Positions 57,740 to 64,000 of a stretch of 64,000 nt of DNA are shown in pieces; within the stretch, counting starts at the first letter, position 1; every line of letters starts with the position of its first letter. The translations under genes were made by a program, and so were the position numbers. The stretch lies in NCBI GenBank assembly GCA_017554325.1, contig JAFZIP010000007.1:8976-72975 (forward strand), written 5' to 3'. The notes under the pieces are model-generated. The model saw nothing but the letters and a program-made list of their open reading frames with translations, searched no databases and was not told where the DNA came from. Origin of the DNA: Bacteroidales bacterium (GTDB lineage Bacteria; Bacteroidota; Bacteroidia; Bacteroidales; WCHB1-69).

Positions 57740-58781
57740 GGTCTTCTAAGATGTTTATGAATGTAGTATTCTCTTCTTCCGTTAAAAATTCCACCTCAAT
57801 AGGGATGATGAAAACTGGCAGCAAAGATAATGAATTTTTAATGTGGCTGTATTGCAGTCGCATCCAGTCTTTTTCGGTGGTGAATAGAACGCTGTTATGC
57901 TTGAAATATTTTTTCAGGCTTTCAATTTCAGATATGGTATAACGATGATGATCTTGGAATTTGAAATGCCGTTCGATGTGGTAGGTCTTTTGCAGATGGT
58001 CCAGTAATGGCTGAGAACGGGCGATGCCGGTGAGTAGCATTATCTCAGTGTTAACATCAATAGTGAGATCTTTGGCTGGTTGCGTCACAGGTTCGGGTTC
58101 CCCATATTGGTAGCGAGTGAAGAATAGTGGTTGGTTATCGCTGATGCAGAGTCGCTTGCGCCAAAGGTCACGATCGACATGCTCGTCAGTGACTTTGGTG
58201 ACCACAACCAGGTTGGCATCACGGACCGCCGAAGGAAATTCGCGCAATCGCCCGGCTGGTAGCGGGTAGTCCTTGAAATAGGGCCGCTCGTATTCCGTCA
58301 GGATCATCTTCAGGGTGGGGGAGACGGACAGATGCTGGTATGCATCGTCCATCACGATGACGTCGGTCTCAGGTGCGTATGCCAGCATTTTCTCAATACC
58401 GTCTTTGCGGTCTTCATCGACTGCCAAGGGCAAGTTGGGTAATCGCTGGTGCAGCAGCATCGGCTCGTCACCGATAAGCTCAGCAGTGAGCAGCTCTTCA
58501 GGTGTGGTATTGGCGAGAATGTAGCCCTTGCTGATACGCCCGTAACCTCTGCTGAGCATGGCCACTTGGTGGTTCTTCGACAAAGTGCGCGTGATGAATT
58601 CGGCGTGCGGGGTTTTGCCGGTGCCGCCGATGGCGATGTTGCCCACGCAGACCACAGGAATCTCAGGTTTGTACGACTTCAAAAAGCCTCGGTTATACAA
58701 TTTACGCCGAAGCCACGCCACCCCGCCGAAAATCCAGGCGAGGGGATACAATATCCGCCGTACTCTCAAGGGTTTACTCAT
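57711..58781 (-). CDS. lpxK: Tetraacyldisaccharide 4'-kinase
   Basis: VGNIAIGGTGKTP, LSRGYGR, GDEP, DDAYQH, LPAGRLRE, GIAR, TTEKD. Confidence 0.95.
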   Translation of the reverse strand: MSKPLRVRRILYPLAWIFGGVAWLRRKLYNRGFLKSYKPEIPVVCVGNIAIGGTGKTPHAEFITRTLSKNHQVAMLSRGYGRISKGYILANTTPEELLTAELIGDEPMLLHQRLPNLPLAVDEDRKDGIEKMLAYAPETDVIVMDDAYQHLSVSPTLKMILTEYERPYFKDYPLPAGRLREFPSAVRDANLVVVTKVTDEHVDRDLWRKRLCISDNQPLFFTRYQYGEPEPVTQPAKDLTIDVNTEIMLLTGIARSQPLLDHLQKTYHIERHFKFQDHHRYTISEIESLKKYFKHNSVLFTTEKDWMRLQYSHIKNSLSLLPVFIIPIEVEFLTEEENTTFINILEDHVRREKKED

Positions 58782-59793
58782 GTTCAGCCTGCTGTTCTGC
58801 CTTTTGCGCCAGCCGCTCCTCCTTGCGCTTCTGCTCGTAGGCGGCCTGCTTGTCTTCGTACTCCTCGTAGCTCTTGATGATCTTGGTCACCAGATGGTGA
58901 CGCACCACATCCTTGGTGTCCATGTAAATGAAATCAATACCCGGAATCTTGCTCAAGATGCGGTCGGCCTGCAGCAATCCCGATTGCTGGTTTTTGGGCA
59001 GGTCAATCTGCGTGATATCGCCGGTAATGAAAAATTTGGCGTTTTTGCCCATACGGGTGAGGAACATTTTCAGCTGCGCAGAGGTGGCATTTTGTGCCTC
59101 GTCGAGGATGACGTAGGCATTGTCGAGCGTGCGCCCGCGCATGAAAGCCAGCGGAGCAATCTCGATAACCTTATCTTCCATGTAGGACATCAACTTTTGC
59201 ATGGGGATCATGTCCCACAGTGCATCGTACAACGGTTGAAGGTACGGGTCCAGCTTGTCACGCAGGTCGCCGGGCAGGAATCCTAGGTTTTCGCCTGCTT
59301 CAACGGCGGGCCTCGTCAGGATAATACGACGAACTTGCTTGTTTTTCAAAGCCTTGACGGCTAATGCTACGGCTGTGTAGGTCTTCCCCGTGCCCGCAGG
59401 ACCGATGGCAAACACCATGTCGTTTTTGTTGGCACTTTCCACCATCTTCTTTTGATTGGGTGTGATGGCTTTGATGATCTTGCCCTCGCGGCCGTGCACG
59501 ATGACATTGCTGCCGTTGTCGTCCAATCGGTAAAAACTGTCGTCCTCCATTGCGGTGATGTTGAGGATGTCGGTCTCGGTGAGCTTTCCGTATTGCTCCA
59601 AATGGGCGGTCAGCAGGTGTATGCGTTCTTCGAAGTTCTCCACTTCGTGGTCCTCTCCCGCCACTTTTATCTCATTGCCCCGCGCCACAATCTTGAGTTT
59701 CGGGAAAATGTGCGTGAGCAAGTCTATGTTGGCATTATGGCTGCCGTACAATCCGACAACCATTGAAGGTTCAATAGTGATTGTTTTTTCCAT
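58774..59793 (-). CDS. phoH: PhoH family protein
   Basis: GPAGTGKTY, RIILTRPAVEAGENLGFLPGD, APLAFMRGRTL, DEAQN. Confidence 0.94.
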   Translation of the reverse strand: MEKTITIEPSMVVGLYGSHNANIDLLTHIFPKLKIVARGNEIKVAGEDHEVENFEERIHLLTAHLEQYGKLTETDILNITAMEDDSFYRLDDNGSNVIVHGREGKIIKAITPNQKKMVESANKNDMVFAIGPAGTGKTYTAVALAVKALKNKQVRRIILTRPAVEAGENLGFLPGDLRDKLDPYLQPLYDALWDMIPMQKLMSYMEDKVIEIAPLAFMRGRTLDNAYVILDEAQNATSAQLKMFLTRMGKNAKFFITGDITQIDLPKNQQSGLLQADRILSKIPGIDFIYMDTKDVVRHHLVTKIIKSYEEYEDKQAAYEQKRKEERLAQKAEQQAEHE

Positions 59794-59796
59794 GGG

Positions 59797-60705
59797 TTAT
59801 TGTATGACAAGATAATCTAATGGGTTGATGGGGAAACCGTTATACCACAATTCAAAATGAAGGTGTGCGGTTTTTGACTCTGTTGCGCCAGTATTGCCCA
59901 TGAGGGCTATGGGACTTCCGGCGGATACACGGTCGCCGATACGCTTCAATACTCGACTGTTCCGCTTGTATATGGAAGTGAGGTTGCCAGGGTGCTGAAC
60001 TACGATGAAATGACCGTCGTTGGCGTTGTAACCCGCGAAAATGACAACTCCGTCCGCGACGCAGCAGACGGTGCTGTTCAGTTGCCCCCTGATATCGATG
60101 CCATAATGGTTTTCATCAGGACTGAAGAGCCGGCATACGGCACCGAAGGCGGGAGGGTAAATGGATAGGTTGGAAATTTTGGCTTGATCGATGCCAGGTG
60201 TGCTCGCCGTGTTGTTCTTTTGCACGCGCCCTAAAATCATCTCAGCCTCCTCAAGTATCTTGTGGCTTTGTCGGACACGCAAACTGTCGCGTTTCTTTGC
60301 ATGCACCTGAGGCGTGGCGGCGGCATTGCTGTCCATCTCGTTGGCAGTGGGTACTCTCCCGTTGGCCATCGCAATATAATTGTCCATGAACTGCTGATTA
60401 TACTCAATGGCCTTCTCCAAAGAGTCGATTTTGGCTGCGGCCTGCTTGTACTGCTTGTAGTCCTTGTTGGAAGTATAACCGGGAATATAGACCCGCAACG
60501 GAGTGAATGCAATGAGGAGCGTGGTGAGCACAATTACCACAAAGGCAGCGATGATGACGACCACCGTAGCTTTCTGTATCGTGATGTGACGTACCTCCAG
60601 ACGTTGCTCCAGCGTCTCCTCATTGGAGAAAACCAGACGATACCTCGTCTTCCAATTCTTCACCACGATACCCCAGATGTGTTTTAGCTTCTGTAGCTTC
60701 CCCAT
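59797..60705 (-). CDS. M23 family metallopeptidase
   Basis: TM segment, FTPLRVYIPGY, HYGID, HLHFELW. Confidence 0.88.
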   Translation of the reverse strand: MGKLQKLKHIWGIVVKNWKTRYRLVFSNEETLEQRLEVRHITIQKATVVVIIAAFVVIVLTTLLIAFTPLRVYIPGYTSNKDYKQYKQAAAKIDSLEKAIEYNQQFMDNYIAMANGRVPTANEMDSNAAATPQVHAKKRDSLRVRQSHKILEEAEMILGRVQKNNTASTPGIDQAKISNLSIYPPAFGAVCRLFSPDENHYGIDIRGQLNSTVCCVADGVVIFAGYNANDGHFIVVQHPGNLTSIYKRNSRVLKRIGDRVSAGSPIALMGNTGATESKTAHLHFELWYNGFPINPLDYLVIQ

Positions 60706-60878
60706 GTTCTATGTTCGTACTTCATTGAAATTCGGTGCAAAAGTAATAAAAAATAGGCTTGGAACGCGTTCAATCCCATTCTTCTGCCGAATTTTGAAAA
60801 AACACAGAAATGTAAAAAAAGTGGATTGTTTGAAAAAAAACATTATCTTTGGACCCTTAATAATTAAAACCTAATATT

Positions 60879-61331
60879 ATGAACGAATCTAATGTTAATG
60901 TAAGTTTCTTCAGATTTGAAGATTTGAGAATTTATGCAAAGGCCATGGACTATATTACATGGCTCTATTCTGAGATTGAAATGATGACCGATGGTAGTGC
61001 GGTAAACGTGCTGAAAGAATCCTTCTTGAAATCGGCACAGAATATCGCACTCAACACTGCAGAAGGCTCCTCACGAAGCAAGACGCAGTTCCTCTATTAT
61101 TTGAAAATGGCCAAAAGCTCTGTCCGTGAGTGTGTGGTCTATACGGAAATCATGTCTCGCAAGCATCTGATGGGCGAAGAGTCTGTGAACTATTCCCGTA
61201 ACCAGTTGATGGAGCTTACCAAGATGATAGGATCCCTCATTGCTTCTCTCCAGAGAAGCGCGGGTGCCCTCGGTCGCGAGGACAAAGATGACGATCCGTT
61301 TGTCCCGATGGGTGATATCAGCAATTTCTAA
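60879..61331 (+). CDS. Four helix bundle protein (23S rRNA-IVS/bAvd-like family)
   Basis: FRFEDLRIYAKA...SAQNIALNTAEGSSR...QFLYYLKMAKSSVREC; TATCTTTG -7 element at 60844. Confidence 0.82.
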   Translation: MNESNVNVSFFRFEDLRIYAKAMDYITWLYSEIEMMTDGSAVNVLKESFLKSAQNIALNTAEGSSRSKTQFLYYLKMAKSSVRECVVYTEIMSRKHLMGEESVNYSRNQLMELTKMIGSLIASLQRSAGALGREDKDDDPFVPMGDISNF

Positions 61332-61416
61332 TTGTTTTTCAAGGGAATCGAACTAAGGATATTTTATGTAAATATCCTTTTTTTGTATCTTTGCAGCCTT
61401 TAAAAACTCTGAACGA

Positions 61417-63504
61417 ATGCTGACAAATACAAAGAGATATATAGGTCTGTTACTTCTGCTTTGTTTATCCGTCTCCCTGTTTGCAGAGCCTGTCGGCGGA
61501 AAACAACTTGTGTCCGCTGCTGTGAATGCTTTCAGACAGAAAAGTGTGTGTGAACAGGAACTCAAGGATTGCCATTTTGTGACCGACGGATCCGACACCC
61601 TGCTGCTGGTAGTGAATTTTTCCAAGGGTTTTATCGTGTTATCAGCAGACGATGCTGTTATTCCAGTGTTGGCGTATTCCTTGGACCAGCAGTTTTATAT
61701 GGATGATGCTGCTCCGGCGGCCCTGTTGTGGTTGGAATCCTATACAGAACAAATCAAATACGCGCGTGCGCATGGCGCAACCCCATCGTCAAAGGTGGCT
61801 CAGGCATGGGCGTCCCTGAATACAACCTCCGAAGCTAAAGACCAAACCGCTCAAAGCGTCGCTCCCCTGTTGACGGCTCTTTGGAATCAGACTAAATATT
61901 ATAATGCTTATTCCCCACACGATGTGAATGCACCTTCTGGCTATGACCAACGAACGCCAAACGGTTGCGTTGCCGTGGCAATGGCCATGATTATGTATTA
62001 CTACCGCTACCCGTTGCATGGTTCGGGCTACCATACCAATTATACAGATTACGGCAACTTTTATGTGAATTTCGCACAACAAACATATTGTTATGAAGCA
62101 ATGACAGATCAGTTGACCCATTTTAACAATGAAGTGGCTAAATTGATATTCCATTGTGCCACAGCTGTCGATATGATGTATGGGGCTAATGGATCAGGTG
62201 CCTATTCTGAAAATGTACCCGGTGCAATTGCCTCATATTTCGGTTATTCTTCAGATTGCCAATTGCTACATCGTTACGATTATTCGTTGGCCCAGTGGAA
62301 GAACTTAATAAAAGAGGATTTGAATGCAAAAAGGCCTTTGTACTATGCTGGACATAACGAAGAAGGTGGCCATGCTTTTGTGTGCGACGGCTATGAAAAC
62401 GACGATTACTACCATTTTAATTTCGGATGGGGTGGCAGTTCCAATGGTTACTATGTTTTGACCGCAAGCGATAGCGATTCCAATGTGATAAATGGTTTTC
62501 AGCATTCCCAACGGGTTATCAGATATATCTATCCCAGGGATGAAAACTACCCGTACTTATGCGCTAATCATGAAATCCATTGTTCGGACGGCACGATTGA
62601 AGATGGCAGCGGCCCTTCGGATTATCAGAATAATTCGGATTGCATGTATGTTCTCACCGAAGGTGATGCATATCGATTTATGATTAAAATCAAATCGTTT
62701 GAAACTCAGCAAAATCATGACTCTTTGAGCTTCTGGGATGGGCATCCTGACCAAGGCAATCTTTTGTTGACGCTCTCAGGAACGGTGGTGCCGGGAACCA
62801 CCTATTACTTTGATTCGGACAGTCTGTATATCACATTCAGAACCGATGATTCTGTGACAGCATCCGGATGGCGTTTGGATTTCAGAATGGCCAGACATGA
62901 GAACTTCTGTCATAATGATTTGATTCAGCAGTATCACGGTACGCTGACCGACGGAAGCGGTCCGAGTTCGTACAAATACAATGCTAATTGCAGTTGGCGA
63001 CTCTATCTGCCTCATGCTTCATTGATCAATTTCACCATATCCGAATTGGATATTGCAGCAGGCGACAGACTTGCATTTTATGATTGGTCCCTCCCCGATA
63101 GGCCACAAATTGCGCTTTTTGAGGAAAATGACACCCCGCGGGACTTGTTGTTTTTCAGCAATTATGTGTTCATTGAATTGGTAACTGACAATTATTTGTG
63201 CGGCGATGGCTTTGAGTTGTCGTGGATTACGGATTACTCTCCAGACGGCATAGAGGAGATGGGCGAAGATGAAATAGCAGTTTATCCTAATCCGGCATAT
63301 TCCAATATCCATGTCCGTATTCCCGCTCACTTAAATGAAGCAGTGGTTCGGTTATATGATGTCACTGGACGCGTCGTAATTGCAGAGAAGAATTTAGGTG
63401 ATGTTATTGATGTGAATATCAGTAATTTACCGAATGGATTCTATACGTTGATGGTCCAAGATGGTTCAGTCATCTACAAGAAAAAAATAGTTGTTCAGCA
63501 CTAA
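61417..63504 (+). CDS. C10 (streptopain-like) cysteine peptidase with prodomain, two CUB-like domains and T9SS type A CTD
   Basis: GFIVLSADD (prodomain), WNQ, GCVAVAMA (Cys), GHAFVCDG (His), HFNFGWGG; DGSG..Y.NN..C repeats; VYPNPA...KKIVVQH. Confidence 0.9.
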   Translation: MLTNTKRYIGLLLLLCLSVSLFAEPVGGKQLVSAAVNAFRQKSVCEQELKDCHFVTDGSDTLLLVVNFSKGFIVLSADDAVIPVLAYSLDQQFYMDDAAPAALLWLESYTEQIKYARAHGATPSSKVAQAWASLNTTSEAKDQTAQSVAPLLTALWNQTKYYNAYSPHDVNAPSGYDQRTPNGCVAVAMAMIMYYYRYPLHGSGYHTNYTDYGNFYVNFAQQTYCYEAMTDQLTHFNNEVAKLIFHCATAVDMMYGANGSGAYSENVPGAIASYFGYSSDCQLLHRYDYSLAQWKNLIKEDLNAKRPLYYAGHNEEGGHAFVCDGYENDDYYHFNFGWGGSSNGYYVLTASDSDSNVINGFQHSQRVIRYIYPRDENYPYLCANHEIHCSDGTIEDGSGPSDYQNNSDCMYVLTEGDAYRFMIKIKSFETQQNHDSLSFWDGHPDQGNLLLTLSGTVVPGTTYYFDSDSLYITFRTDDSVTASGWRLDFRMARHENFCHNDLIQQYHGTLTDGSGPSSYKYNANCSWRLYLPHASLINFTISELDIAAGDRLAFYDWSLPDRPQIALFEENDTPRDLLFFSNYVFIELVTDNYLCGDGFELSWITDYSPDGIEEMGEDEIAVYPNPAYSNIHVRIPAHLNEAVVRLYDVTGRVVIAEKNLGDVIDVNISNLPNGFYTLMVQDGSVIYKKKIVVQH

Positions 63505-63574
63505 GTCGCTTAAACATTCTGAATAGTCTTTCGTCTTATGGGTGTTTTTTATTCACCATCAAAAACACAAAGAG

Positions 63575-64000
63575 ATGAAAAAGAATGTGATCCTGTCGTT
63601 GATGCTCTGTGTTGGAAGTTTGATCATCACAGATGCTATGGCCCAGGCGCCTGCACGGCAAACTGCTCCCAGCAGTAGTAGAACTCAAACTACATCAGTC
63701 AGCTCCCAGGCAAATCGCCAAATGCACAAGGGAGACGTTCAACTTAATAAGGCTAACAACAGTTATCAGAAAGCTCAGTCGTCAACAGCGGCTCGTCCTG
63801 CTTCGACTGCACGCCCTGCGACCGCAAGTTCTCGCCCGGCCACTACTACTTCCAACAGAACAGCTACAACGGCAAGACCTGCCACGTCTGCTACGACGAC
63901 CAGACCTGCCAGCAGTTCCACGGTGAATAATAGTGCCGCCAATAGAACAAACACGTCGGTGTCTTCCAGTTCAGCACGTCCTGCAGCCACCTCTTCTGCA
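63575..64000 (+). CDS. Exported Ser/Thr/Ala/Arg-rich low-complexity protein (partial, runs off the window end)
   Basis: Translated by hand: MKKNVILSLMLCVGSLIITDAMA-QAPARQ...ARPAST ARPAT RPAT RPAS; open to the window end. Confidence 0.75.
   Translation, partial: MKKNVILSLMLCVGSLIITDAMAQAPARQTAPSSSRTQTTSVSSQANRQMHKGDVQLNKANNSYQKAQSSTAARPASTARPATASSRPATTTSNRTATTARPATSATTTRPASSSTVNNSAANRTNTSVSSSSARPAATSSA

Noticed and set aside
54777-61331. Diversity-generating retroelement (Avd-like gene plus CLec-fold FGE and FISUMP proteins)
   Set aside because: No reverse transcriptase in the window, and I saw no template repeat differing at adenines from the 3' ends of these genes; remote targeting cannot be excluded from this window alone
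63633-63926. 97-aa plus-strand ORF in the track
   Set aside because: An alternative frame of the signal-peptide-bearing ORF that starts at 63575

Overview
Mostly core chromosome of an anaerobic Bacteroidales-type bacterium. The assignment rests on TAnnTTTG -7 promoters throughout, T9SS genes and a Bacteroidota-type Rho. The window opens with a type IX secretion/gliding locus (porV-porU divergent from porP/sprF-gldJ) and continues with housekeeping genes (yihA, envC-like, purL, rho, ispE, rpmF, rdgB, smpB, folA, tonB, anmK, murF, sppA, gldA, lpxK, phoH) plus several secreted or surface proteins. The most notable accessory element is a ~1.4 kb integrase-less islet at tRNA-Asn. It is bounded by 86-bp direct repeats (tRNA 3' half plus terminator) and carries only a PIN-domain nuclease gene and a larger uncharacterised partner, making it a candidate toxin-antitoxin/anti-phage module. 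Next to it is a 2171-aa mosaic surface protein that ends in a Fib_succ_major domain instead of a T9SS CTD. Other oddities are dispersed REP-like hairpins with cGNAg loops, intergenic 7/8-mer tandem repeats, a Rho apparently lacking Rho_N, a truncated molybdopterin-oxidoreductase-fold protein, a stand-alone steroid 5-alpha-reductase homologue and a Fur-like palindrome. All family calls come from recognising motifs by eye; no searches were run.
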